Below, in pieces: positions 29,805 to 40,200 of a stretch of 59,600 bases of DNA. This DNA is from Thermoplasmata archaeon (GTDB lineage: Archaea > Thermoplasmatota > Thermoplasmata > GCA-020350865). Position 1 is the stretch's first letter. Each line of letters starts with the position of its first letter. The position numbers were made by a program, and so were the translations under genes. The DNA is taken from the NCBI GenBank assembly GCA_020348445.1, contig CP070751.1:836438-896037 (forward strand), in the 5' to 3' direction. The notes under the pieces are model-generated. The model searched no databases, was not told the DNA's origin, and saw only the letters and a list, made by a program, of their open reading frames with translations.

Positions 29805-30917
29805 TCAATTCCTCGTAATTACTGGCCAATAGTACCTGCACACGACAGTCAAGTTCCAGTGATTCAAATTATCCTGCACATCCAGCGTGCGGCCCCATGC
29901 ATCCTCCAGGGTTATATTGATTTCCCAATTTCCCAACCCGTTTTTCCCAGTATGATTCAGTGCCAGTTGCTTTTCTAAATGCCAGGAAGATTCTGCCTCA
30001 ATTGATTCTATATTTTCGGGTATTTCGTTCATTATTCCCTTATCAGGTGCATAGATTGTAATTTTCTCCAGAGTCGAGGAATCTACATAATAATCACCAT
30101 CTGGAGAGGTGATATTAAAGGAAAATAGATCATTTGGGTCTCCAGTGATTGATGGTCTTTCATCATCCCATGTCAGCTCAAATGTCAATATTGTAATGTT
30201 AAGAACCGATATAGGCAAAGAGATAATCTCACTATCCTCCTCAAGTAGGGGAGAGAGCAAACCACTGCTTTCTCTTAAAACCTCATAGGTGTCTGTACGC
30301 CATACAACCTTGTATGTCCTGTATTGTATCAAAAAAACGCGGGTTGTTGCATTCTTTGCACCATCGTTATCTGTTACTGTAAGTGTGACCTGGAAAGGCC
30401 TTTTTTCAGTATAAATATGTGATACACTTTCACCTGTGTCATTTTCACCGTCCCCGAAATCCCAGAAATAGTCTTTTATGAATCCGTCGGGATCATAGGT
30501 TCCATTGGCCCAAAAGTACACAGTTTCATGAATATATGCTGGTGAAGAAACGATAATATTAGCCTCAGGTAACTCATTTACATGGATCGTCATGGCCTGA
30601 ACAGCCTTTTTATTGTCATTATCTGTGACAATCAATATCACTGTGTAATTTCCACCTTTTTCATATGTATGTGTGACAACCTTGCCTGTTGCATTGCTGC
30701 CGTCATCAAAATCCCAGTAATATCTAACTATCTCCCCATCCTCGTCAAAAGAATCATTTGCACTCAAGGTGATCTCTTCGTCTACATTGATGTAGGTTGA
30801 ACTCGCACTGAGATTCGCCTCAGGAGGAATATTCTCTTCTGGAAAGATGCACCCAGCAAAAAAGCTCAGCAATATAATGATAATAATAACTAGTACCTCT
30901 GCCCTTTTCATGTGCAT
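29805..30917 (-). CDS. Lipoprotein with two PKD domains
   Basis: Lipobox-like FFAGC after a hydrophobic segment; two YxWDF(D/G)DG...SHxY...YTVxLxVTDNDG repeats. Confidence 0.88.
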   Translation of the reverse strand: MHMKRAEVLVIIIIILLSFFAGCIFPEENIPPEANLSASSTYINVDEEITLSANDSFDEDGEIVRYYWDFDDGSNATGKVVTHTYEKGGNYTVILIVTDNDNKKAVQAMTIHVNELPEANIIVSSPAYIHETVYFWANGTYDPDGFIKDYFWDFGDGENDTGESVSHIYTEKRPFQVTLTVTDNDGAKNATTRVFLIQYRTYKVVWRTDTYEVLRESSGLLSPLLEEDSEIISLPISVLNITILTFELTWDDERPSITGDPNDLFSFNITSPDGDYYVDSSTLEKITIYAPDKGIMNEIPENIESIEAESSWHLEKQLALNHTGKNGLGNWEINITLEDAWGRTLDVQDNLNHWNLTVVCRYYWPVITRN

Positions 30918-31245
30918 CCCTATTCCCTATATTAGTCGTATTATTTAAACTTTATTACCTTTAAAAGATGGAGCCAGACATTAAAAATATCATAAAATTT
31001 TTACTTATACTTTTTTGTTGGTAAATTTCGCACAAATTCACCATGGATGGTTAGAACCCAGTCGATTCCCATTCCAGAATTGTACTTGATCGATATAATT
31101 GTATGAAATATCATAACTGATAGTAAGGAGAAATTCTATAAGTATTCTGAGAACCATTTTTATATTTAAAACATGATAAGTGGCTTTACTCATTCAGGTG
31201 GCCTATTTGAATCAAAAAAAACTGTATAATTTACTTAAATTGACT

Positions 31246-31602
31246 ATGATTATTCATAATGATAAAAATGCAGCCAGGATACTTGCAGCTATTCTGAGAA
31301 AACCCTTGAACGTCCAGGATATCAGTTCAAGGTGCCAGATCCAACCGACTCAATGCTTTCACACAATAAAAAAACTGAAGGACAATGGATTGATTGTGGT
31401 GGCGAAAAAAGTGATTTTAGACGAAAGGCCAAATAAGCCTGTCTTTTTTTATAAGGCTAAATTGGATCCTGACTTCTTTCGGTTTGAGAACGGGAGGTTT
31501 AAGGTGATTTTCCCCTCAAATCTTCGCCTTGCTAACGGTAAAAAAATCGATTTAAAAACACTTTTAGAATCACAATCATCATCAAATAAATATCGTCTGT
31601 GA
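31246..31602 (+). CDS. Winged-helix (ArsR-like) DNA-binding protein, divergent paralog
   Basis: ARILAAI..KPLNVQDIS..CQI...CF..IKKLKDNGLI pattern. ORF track opens at GTG 31180; first ATG at 31246. Confidence 0.7.
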   Translation: MIIHNDKNAARILAAILRKPLNVQDISSRCQIQPTQCFHTIKKLKDNGLIVVAKKVILDERPNKPVFFYKAKLDPDFFRFENGRFKVIFPSNLRLANGKKIDLKTLLESQSSSNKYRL

Positions 31603-31735
31603 GAAACTTTATTCGAACTGAATTCTTTCCAAATCCTTTTATAATACAACTACCTATATTTTCTATTGTGAAAATCACCTGAAAAAATCACACTCGCCTT
31701 CTTAGGCACTGGCGTTGACGATAGGGGGTATATTT

Positions 31736-31996
31736 ATGAGCGTCTGGCTATGGATGCAACCAGGGAACAAGGCTTGGAAAGTCATATTGGATTACGAAAA
31801 AGGTACAATAGTGGTATATGACGAAAAAGGCGAGATCCTCTTGGAGAAAAGGGGACTCTCAAGGGCAGTGATATCCATTGTAGAAAATAACTTCCTTGCC
31901 GCTGTGGCAACCAAGTTATCAGAGTTCGGAGAAGAAGGGGGTTTAAGCACAGAATCAAAATCAGCGATAAGCATAGATAATCCCATGTATTTATGA
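31736..31996 (+). CDS. Small hypothetical protein
   Basis: GGGGGT upstream of ATG 31736; protein-like composition; T-rich tract downstream. Confidence 0.6.
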   Translation: MSVWLWMQPGNKAWKVILDYEKGTIVVYDEKGEILLEKRGLSRAVISIVENNFLAAVATKLSEFGEEGGLSTESKSAISIDNPMYL

Positions 31997-32422
31997 ACAA
32001 GTGGATATGATACCATTATATCTTTATCTATTCTTTCTCCTTTTTATTTAACCTTATCTTCAAAAAGACAGTAAAAACCATGAAATTTTGTTATAAAAAT
32101 GTATAAAAAACTTTCTAATCTCATTATCTCCATTATTAACTAATAGGGCTAGGATACTAATTTTACATAATCGTTTAGACTGATTGAAGTCTTCGTTTAT
32201 CGTCCTTATTTTGTTTTTTATTATGATTTTAAAACTTCATTCAGATAAAAGTGTTGACACAATGTTGATATATGATAAGCGATAATATATGTATATAGCA
32301 ACTTAAACTATAGTCAAAATGAAACTAAAATTGATAATCAGGTCTGATACCCAGATACGATACTATTTAAAACATCAAAACAATTTTAAACAGGCAAAGA
32401 AACACAAGGAAAGGGGTTATGA

Positions 32423-32806
32423 ATGGATAAACAAGAAATGAATCCGATAGAAGCGTCGAAGATAATAACTGATGAATACTCGGCGAAAATCCTTGTTGCC
32501 ACTTACAAGAGACCTAAGAGCGCGTTGGAGCTTTCCCACAGATTCGGAATTCCGATAGCCGCGTGTTATAGGAGGATACACCTGCTAGAAAAAGTGGGCC
32601 TGTTAACCTGTGTAGACAAGGTATTAACACAGAAGGGAAAAAGGATCAAGATATATCTTTCTCAACTAAAAAACGCCTATATTTTCTTTGAAAAAGGAAA
32701 ATTAAGAGTGAGGTTTGAGCTAAAGACGGGGAGCGTCGAGAATTTCGGCGGTGAATGGACGCCCATGGACGATTCAGAAAATAATGATGTATGGTCATCA
32801 AAGTGA
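32423..32806 (+). CDS. Winged-helix (ArsR-like) DNA-binding protein
   Basis: DEYSAKIL...PKSALELS...IPIAACYRRI..LEKVGLL. Confidence 0.85.
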   Translation: MDKQEMNPIEASKIITDEYSAKILVATYKRPKSALELSHRFGIPIAACYRRIHLLEKVGLLTCVDKVLTQKGKRIKIYLSQLKNAYIFFEKGKLRVRFELKTGSVENFGGEWTPMDDSENNDVWSSK

Positions 32807-32813
32807 ACCCCTC

Positions 32814-32825
32814 TTTTATTTTTTT
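32814..32825 (+). terminator. Oligo-T archaeal terminator candidate
   Basis: TTTTATTTTTTT just after the stop at 32806. Confidence 0.4.
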
Positions 32826-32932
32826 ATTATATAATAGACGTAAAATAACTGATCATTTATTTACATAACTAATATTATTGTCGATAATCAAGTCTCATAT
32901 TTTGTTTCATTATTTCTAACGCTCCAATCGAT

Positions 32933-32979
32933 ATGATAACCAGTGATGATAACTTCCAATGATAACAGCCCATGATAAC
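32933..32979 (+). promoter_or_regulatory. Four direct repeats of ATGATAAC at exact 13-bp spacing; candidate operator
   Basis: Copies at 32933, 32946, 32959 and 32972; variable 5-nt linkers; about 50 nt upstream of ATG 33030. Confidence 0.65.
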
Positions 32980-33029
32980 CGTACCAAAAATGGTATAGTA
33001 TCTTAACACCAATGATAATATGAGATAAT

Positions 33030-33377
33030 ATGGACAAAGAAAATCTAAAGATGGACCCCTTCAAAGCGTCTAGCTTCATCTCTGATAAATATGCTGGGAA
33101 AATTCTGGCGGCGACATATAACTCACCAAAGAGCGCAAAACAGTTATCAAAAAAGTACAACATACCAATTGCAGCATGTTACAGACGCATTCGGGAACTT
33201 GAAAAGCTTGGCCTATTGGTTTGCGCAGGTATCATATATGACAGCCGGGGGAAAGGAACAAAACTCTATCAATCACAACTAAATGGTGCATATGTTTATC
33301 TGTTAGAGGAGAGGCTTAAGGTCCATTTCAAGCTCGCCTCAGGCATCTCACTTACAATGGTATCACATGCGTCTTAA
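33030..33377 (+). CDS. Winged-helix (ArsR-like) DNA-binding protein, close paralog of 32423-32806
   Basis: DKYAGKIL...PKSAKQLS...IPIAACYRRI.ELEKLGLL. Confidence 0.85.
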   Translation: MDKENLKMDPFKASSFISDKYAGKILAATYNSPKSAKQLSKKYNIPIAACYRRIRELEKLGLLVCAGIIYDSRGKGTKLYQSQLNGAYVYLLEERLKVHFKLASGISLTMVSHAS

Positions 33378-33466
33378 AACAGAATACGGGCGTAAGAAAG
33401 AACCTCAAGCGATAATATGATACCATCGTAATTCTAGTAATTAAACCTCTTTAATTGATTTTTCAA

Positions 33467-36400
33467 TTACTTCAACATTAGAAAGTTGTTTTCATCTATT
33501 TTATGATGAGAATCCCCTCTACCCATTCCAATTTTTTTCCTTTCCATTCTCTTTGATATTATAAACAACGCTATTATCGTGATTATTGGAAACAATCCCT
33601 GTGGATATTCAGGGATGGAAGTATAGGAATAGGTTGGATCGGGATCTCCTGTGTCGTCAGGTGCTCTATCAACTTGTTTGTTCTGTTCATTTCCATTATC
33701 ATGTGTGTCAGCGAACATCTCCGTAGTATTACCCTCCTCAAGAAGATCGTATCCTTGACCAAGAGAATCCTTATCCACCCAAAATAATATTGCATTGTTA
33801 ATACCTTCGCTGTTGTCATCATCAAAGTTGAATCCAAAGCTTGTGCCATCATAAGAATCTATTGTAATGTCAGTATACGACTCCTCGGTGGTCCAAATAG
33901 CAGTATCATCAGGAGGGTTGGTGCTTGTGGTATAGTCAAGAAAGATTTCCCAATATTCCAAAGGCCCTGCTTTATTTCGGTACAATCTTAATCTGTACCA
34001 TATATTATTAGTTGAATTGAAATAGAGATCATAGGCATCCTTGAATTCAACAGTTAAAACTTCGATATCAATACGCATGAACAAATTATCAGAATTGTCG
34101 TATGCAAAGATTTCCAGTATATCATCGTTATCTTCTATTGCATCATTGGTATCTGCACCCAATGATGTCCATGTACCTGGCCATCCCCCACCTGGAGGGG
34201 CTCTGGTGGATCTTCTTGCTCCCCCTATGTTCATGCCATCTAAAATATCTGTATAATCCTTTGTGCTGTTCTCCCAGTTAGACACCATAATATAAGATAC
34301 GAAATTACAGTCTCCCTGGCTTAGCCCGAGTTTATGGTATTCCACTCCAATTTCCAATCGCATGGAATCTATCTTTGCAGAAACACTTTCCTTCTCCTCC
34401 CATAACCAGTCATAAGGACTTACACCTCTCCATTCAAAGTATGAACTAAGTTGTATCCTGTTGTTCTTACCTGTAATTAAAATCATAAAGTCAGCATTTA
34501 TGTTTATCTGGGGTATAGCATATCCTGAACCTGACATTGTGTCTATGAATATGTAAACGTAATCATCGCCGGTTTTTGGTGGAAGTTTAGTTGTGAAAGG
34601 AATTTGATTATCATTATACTCGCCAGTTGTCTCGATTTTTTCTTGCTTTACAACATCGTTTAAATACGGTATCCTGGTGCCCCCTACAATCTCTCCATCG
34701 ACCTTAAGGTAGAAGGATAACACATGTGTTCCACCTGAAACAGCATAATTAATTATGTCTAGATTTTTATCTCCTACATCTCCTATATGATCATCTCTTT
34801 GGCCACCTTCATCCCAATCAGCGAAAGCGCCATCTATTTTCACCTCATCAGGAACATTTAATATGTAACCCACATCGTTGAGCCCAAAAACCGGGCGAAG
34901 TGTCGTAAGCGATATGGTCCCGTAGCTGGTATCTATGTCATGATTGTTTGCTATCTTGAATCCCACTGTATTTTCGATTGCTGATATGCTTCCAACATCG
35001 GCAACAACATTAATCGTAACAATCTCTTTATCTTTAAGAATTAACTCTGGATGGAATGTGATTTCATTCTGGTTTAAGGTTCCGTTTGCGACCATATTGC
35101 TATTCTCGTCCTCAAGCCTTATGTTTGCTAAATCGTTATCATTTCCCAAGCCTGTTCTTTGCACTTTCAGTGCATTGAGAGTAATTGCACTCCCCAATGC
35201 TTTTAATTTTATTCTAAGCAATATATTTCCCCTTCCCGTTACCACATCATTGACCATACCCTGCTGTTCTACAGATAGAATGCCTTTTTCATTGGAAACA
35301 ACATAATCAGAAAAATCCTCAAAGCCGTCCCAACTCTGCGTATGGAATATAACATCAACTTTAATACCATTTTTCAAACCCAAGATGTGAAAAGGTATCT
35401 TTACCTCCAGCTCGGAACCGCTTGCAGCGCAGGAGACTGTCCTTGATGACCTCCATAGGTTCCAGTCCTGTTTGGTTTCAGTATAGGTGTAAAGATAATT
35501 ACTTAAAACCTCACCGCTCCAACCATATATCCTCACCATGAAATCTGCACCAATACCCTCGATAAAATATCCTGTAATTGGATCTTGATCTGAATCAATG
35601 AAAATGTGGATAGTATCAACATGTTTCTCACTGTTGGGAACATCGGGCTCACCCTCCAGCATATTTTTATCAACCCGTACATAAAACGACAGTTCCATAT
35701 TCCTGTCATCAACTCTATAATCGATTATGTCGACATTTGAATTAAAACTCATCTCTTCCTTGGGATCTGATATTGCGGACACTTTATTCCAATCTCCAAA
35801 TCCACCGTCGATCTCAATCCCCCTTGGTTTATTTGTTATATTTGAAAATGCATAAGGAGCAAACATCAGAATGAACAATATTAGGGGTACAACCATCATT
35901 CTCCATATACTACGCCTTGGTTCAGAAATTCTGCTTTTTTTCCCGAGACCATTTGTGATACCATTACCATTAGTAATACCGTTTGTTATACCCACCTTTA
36001 AATCCCTAAGACCGTTAGTCAAACCATTTGTAAGACCGTTGGTAAGACCATCATTTGAACCACTACTTATTTTATTCTTTAATCCATTTGTTACACCATT
36101 TGTCAGGCCAAAATCGGTTCTTTTTACAGCACTAGATAATCCGTTTGTTATTCCACGAGAGCCTATCTTTGGTCCACTTATCAGGCTGTTTGTTATGTCC
36201 CTTGCCAATTCTGGTTTAATTACCACATTCTCTTGGTTTATGGATAGGAGACTTTCTGGAGATTCTACGTTTTGTAAGGGTTTTAGAATAGATTCAGATT
36301 TTTGCATTTCTTTAATAAACTCTGAAAATATCTTTATAGCAGGTGTATCTATTCTTTCTATCTCTTCATCAACATTAGGAGGTGACTGCGGTTTTTCTTT

Positions 36401-36631
36401 CTCCTTTGTGAATTCAGCCTGACATATTTCACATTCTGTGGATCCCTCATCAACAATTGTCCCGCACCTATGACATTCGAATTCCTCGATTACCTCCTCC
36501 TCTTGAAGGTCATCGATCGTTTCTATGGACTCCATAAATTCTACCTTACAATGAGGGCATCGGTTACTATCTTGACCAACTTTGGCCCCACAGATGGGAC
36601 ATTCGAACTCTATATATTCCTTTTCACTCAT
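33467..36631 (-). CDS. Membrane protein: 2 Zn ribbons, GLTN repeats, TM, conserved extracellular core, short cargo, IPEY (PEF-CTERM-like) tail
   Basis: 1054-aa ORF; paralog of 37205-43483 and 43543-56655; tail IPEYPQGLFPIITIIALFIISKRMERKK. Confidence 0.88.
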   Translation of the reverse strand: MSEKEYIEFECPICGAKVGQDSNRCPHCKVEFMESIETIDDLQEEEVIEEFECHRCGTIVDEGSTECEICQAEFTKEKEKPQSPPNVDEEIERIDTPAIKIFSEFIKEMQKSESILKPLQNVESPESLLSINQENVVIKPELARDITNSLISGPKIGSRGITNGLSSAVKRTDFGLTNGVTNGLKNKISSGSNDGLTNGLTNGLTNGLRDLKVGITNGITNGNGITNGLGKKSRISEPRRSIWRMMVVPLILFILMFAPYAFSNITNKPRGIEIDGGFGDWNKVSAISDPKEEMSFNSNVDIIDYRVDDRNMELSFYVRVDKNMLEGEPDVPNSEKHVDTIHIFIDSDQDPITGYFIEGIGADFMVRIYGWSGEVLSNYLYTYTETKQDWNLWRSSRTVSCAASGSELEVKIPFHILGLKNGIKVDVIFHTQSWDGFEDFSDYVVSNEKGILSVEQQGMVNDVVTGRGNILLRIKLKALGSAITLNALKVQRTGLGNDNDLANIRLEDENSNMVANGTLNQNEITFHPELILKDKEIVTINVVADVGSISAIENTVGFKIANNHDIDTSYGTISLTTLRPVFGLNDVGYILNVPDEVKIDGAFADWDEGGQRDDHIGDVGDKNLDIINYAVSGGTHVLSFYLKVDGEIVGGTRIPYLNDVVKQEKIETTGEYNDNQIPFTTKLPPKTGDDYVYIFIDTMSGSGYAIPQININADFMILITGKNNRIQLSSYFEWRGVSPYDWLWEEKESVSAKIDSMRLEIGVEYHKLGLSQGDCNFVSYIMVSNWENSTKDYTDILDGMNIGGARRSTRAPPGGGWPGTWTSLGADTNDAIEDNDDILEIFAYDNSDNLFMRIDIEVLTVEFKDAYDLYFNSTNNIWYRLRLYRNKAGPLEYWEIFLDYTTSTNPPDDTAIWTTEESYTDITIDSYDGTSFGFNFDDDNSEGINNAILFWVDKDSLGQGYDLLEEGNTTEMFADTHDNGNEQNKQVDRAPDDTGDPDPTYSYTSIPEYPQGLFPIITIIALFIISKRMERKKIGMGRGDSHHKIDENNFLMLK
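35945..36154 (-). repeat. (G-L/I/V-T-N)n tetrapeptide repeat block, paralog 1
   Basis: Nine xTNG units with varied synonymous codons. Confidence 0.85.
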
Positions 36632-36770
36632 CTTTTACACCACAAGATGCTCAAGGCATCCGATCTATATCTTTACTAAATGAGATTTAGTGTTTACACT
36701 ATCTAATGACTAAATGTTCTTTTTATGCTGGTGTTTTTGGAAATTCCACGACTTTTTTATCCGAGCCATG

Positions 36771-37208
36771 TTAATTCAATGTCTTTTCGTACGCATATCC
36801 ATTGATTATTTCGTCTATCCTCCTGATAGAATTTTCTATGTCCAACATTGCTACACTGACATATCCTCGTTTTTGAAGCATGACTAAAAGAGTGAGCCGA
36901 TCTCCCAGTTTTTTGACAAGAACCTTGTAACCATTATAATCAAGAATACGATGGGCGAACATCACCTCATGCTGCCTGTTTATCGTATAACCATCTCCAT
37001 CCTCAAGCAATTTCAGTATTTCGGATATATCCTCTTTGTAATTCGTACTGGGGGGTAGATCACAGGCTATAATATCATTCATTCCTTCCACCAGGGCAGC
37101 CCCTTTTATATCGCTGATTTTATTTAAGTCCGAAATCACCTGCTTTAACCTTGAGATTGCCAGATTTTCTTGGAATTCCGATTGCCTCATATCCTTTGGG
37201 AACTTCAT
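36771..37208 (-). CDS. Roadblock/LC7-like protein
   Basis: 145 aa with helix-beta-beta-helix-beta-beta-beta-helix pattern (LNKISDIKGAALV...IIACDLP...LTLLVML). ATGA overlap with the upstream giant gene. Confidence 0.7.
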   Translation of the reverse strand: MKFPKDMRQSEFQENLAISRLKQVISDLNKISDIKGAALVEGMNDIIACDLPPSTNYKEDISEILKLLEDGDGYTINRQHEVMFAHRILDYNGYKVLVKKLGDRLTLLVMLQKRGYVSVAMLDIENSIRRIDEIINGYAYEKTLN

Positions 37209-40200
37209 ATTCTGTCCTCCTTTTTTTCGTTTTTTATATTTTTTCCCCCCAACCTAAGCCCATGTTTTTTCCGGGATTTTTTTCTTGATATTACAAACAG
37301 AGTTATTACTCCGATAATAGGCAAAAACATATCAGAAAATTCAGGAATGATGTATCTAGAATGACAGTATGCTTTTCCTGCATCTACAGACAAAGGAGGC
37401 GTATCATCAGCCTGGGTGTCATAATGGGGTGCACCGCATAAAGTCTCATTGATACCATCACCATTGATATCCCCTGCAAATGAAACTGACCACCCAAAAT
37501 GATCGTACGCGTACTCACCCTCATTCTTGTATTCTTCTGTTGTATCGATATCAGAGCCACCGCAGAAGACATAGAATGCACCACATTCTGTCTTAGAACC
37601 GTTTGTAAAATAGGGTGCGCCCACGATGACATCAGGATCTCCATCACCGTCGATATCACCTGCGTAATGCACAGAGTAGCCGAATTTATCGCCTGCAGTT
37701 TCTCCGTCAAATAACACATCAGGCACTATGTTCATTGGATTTCCACCGTAGTAAATCCAAGCATTACCGTTAGCAGTATCTGGCATACCCACGATTACGT
37801 CATCATAACTTCCGTCTGCATTTATATCGCTTGCATTACCAACACTAAAACCAAAACTCGTGCCTCCAATTCCGATAAGTATTGTATTTGCATTGGTAGC
37901 ACTAATATCATCATCCATTGCATTACTTCCGCAGAAGATATAGGCTCTATCGGTACCTGGTGCACCCACTATTACATCATCGTAACCGGTATTGTTCGTA
38001 TCCCCTGCATTAGAAACCGAGAAGCCAAACTCCTCATTGGAAATCACTCCAGTCAATCTCACATAGTCTAATCCCAGTGGTAAAGAAATAAGTCGTGCGA
38101 ACCTTGACAAACCTCCAGAGTTCATAAAATGATCAACAGTATCGCTTTGTGCACCGGACAAGGTTCGTTTGTCCATTTGAAACGGCATATGAATATCTGT
38201 TGAGTCCCTGTTCTCGATTAATGATTCCTGGCGAGTGGTACTGGAAGTTCGCAGCCTTATCCCATTAACTGCGGTAGCATCATTGGTGAACCATGCAGCA
38301 GTTCCCAGGATAACGAAATCGCCAGACTCCTCTGGAGTATAAGAGTTTGTGACGAGAGTCTCCCATCCACCTGGACCACTATTCCATCCGTCAGCCTCAT
38401 TATAGTGAAATTCAGAGAATGTATCAAGACGTATTGCTGCAATATGGGCATGGTCCATATAAGCACTTACTGTTGGAGTTTCGGAGTCCACAGTAAGTGA
38501 AATTGTATGCGCACTAGTGTCAAGGGTGATGTTCTTAATGACACCGAAATTGAATCTCTCATTAAAGTTATCGTCTGGTTCCATGAGAGTTTCGCCGTAT
38601 AATGTTCCATCGATATGCATTCTACCCCAGACACTATCGCTACTGCTTCCAGATCGCAGATTTGCACTGGCAACAATCAAATAATCTCCAGAAGATGCGG
38701 GTGTGAATGTTGTTTCGGTGACAGTAACTTCAGGACCCGTAGTTACTATTGCATCCTCGATCTCATCATATTGATCTGCAGGGATGCTCATCTCTATTGC
38801 TATAATTCTTGTATTACGAAATCGGCCATTATCTCCTTCAGTCTTGTACTCAAGTTCAATATCATGCGAACCGGCAGCTAGATAAATATATTTCACTGCA
38901 GAGAAATGATACCAATCGTTGATATCCTGGAATTCTCTGTTTGTTTCATGGTATACATTTGTATCATCAACTATCAGGCGCAGCCATGTATTGTCGCCCA
39001 CCTTGTCATCCGGAGCCACATCAGAAGTGGCTATAATCAGATATTTTGTGGCAACAGGAGGATTGACAGTTAAAGTAAGATAATCTATATAAGTAGCGGT
39101 ACTTGCCAGTTCCGATAATGATAGACTTTCTGCATATGAATAGGCATGACCATTCATGTTGAGCCTAGGACCATAGAGTATGTAAGCCCTTCCCTGATCG
39201 ACACCGAGGCTGTATGCACCAACGATAACATCATCATAATTATCACTATTCATATCTCCCGCACCTGAGACTGAACACCCGAACCTATCATAATTATGTT
39301 TTCCAGTTTGATTAATAGTCGAATCTGTATCTGGATCATCAATTGAACTCCAAGACGCCGTGGCCCTTCCGTAAAAAATGTATGCTCTTCCACGATCTGC
39401 ACTATAACCCGGCGCCCCGATAATTATGTCATCATAGGCATCATTGTTCACATTACCTGCATCGCTTACGCTCCACCCGAAAAGATCCCCTGTATTGGTA
39501 CCGTTTATCATGACATCGGCATTTGCGGCAATGATATCATCCAAACCTATACCTGAGTACCCAAAGAAAATATAGGCTGCACCACGCTCTTGGCCCCTTG
39601 TTTCCTTATTTCCATACGTTATGAACTCATCATTCATGGAAAGGTACTGTGCCTTGATCCAGTGCCTGCTTCGTACTACTCTTGAGATGCGGACCTCATC
39701 CAATTTGCCGTTAAAAAACTCACCTGGGGCAGGTCCCGGATCGTATTCCTGAGCCATACTTGCAAGGTCACTATCTACGAGGTTTGGGGTCTCAGGGATG
39801 TTATCCAAATCCAATTCCCCATCTACATATAGAATTGATTTGGAAGCGTCAGCCACTCCGACAATATAATGCCAATTACCGTCAGAGATGGTAACACTAC
39901 CCTGATTGTCCTCTATAGCAGCATGATTTGTTATCATCTCAATCCTCCATATATTACCACCCGCCGAGTTATGAAAACAAACCATTGCAGAATCAGCAGT
40001 ATTATCAGCCTTCATCCAAAAGGCCACTGTAAATATCGAATCGAGATCTGTTGTCACACTGTCCATAGTGATATAATCATTTGTCCCATCAAAATCATCT
40101 GCACCATCACATTTCCCAGTTGTTGCTTCATCACCATTATAATTCTGTGGAGATCCATCATTATTGTAAGATGTGGAATCATATCTTGTGCCTGTTCCTG

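Noticed and set aside
31979-31996. NPxY motif (NPMY) at the C-terminus of the small ORF, as in integrin beta tails
   Set aside because: A four-residue match in a soluble protein with no PTB-type partner is most likely coincidence.
32933-32979. CRISPR array or plasmid iterons
   Set aside because: The 8-nt unit with 5-nt spacers is far too short for CRISPR; no cas or rep genes nearby.
36646-36660. GATGC-N5-GCATC hairpin upstream of the 1054-aa gene
   Set aside because: A 5-bp stem is expected by chance; no second copy noticed.
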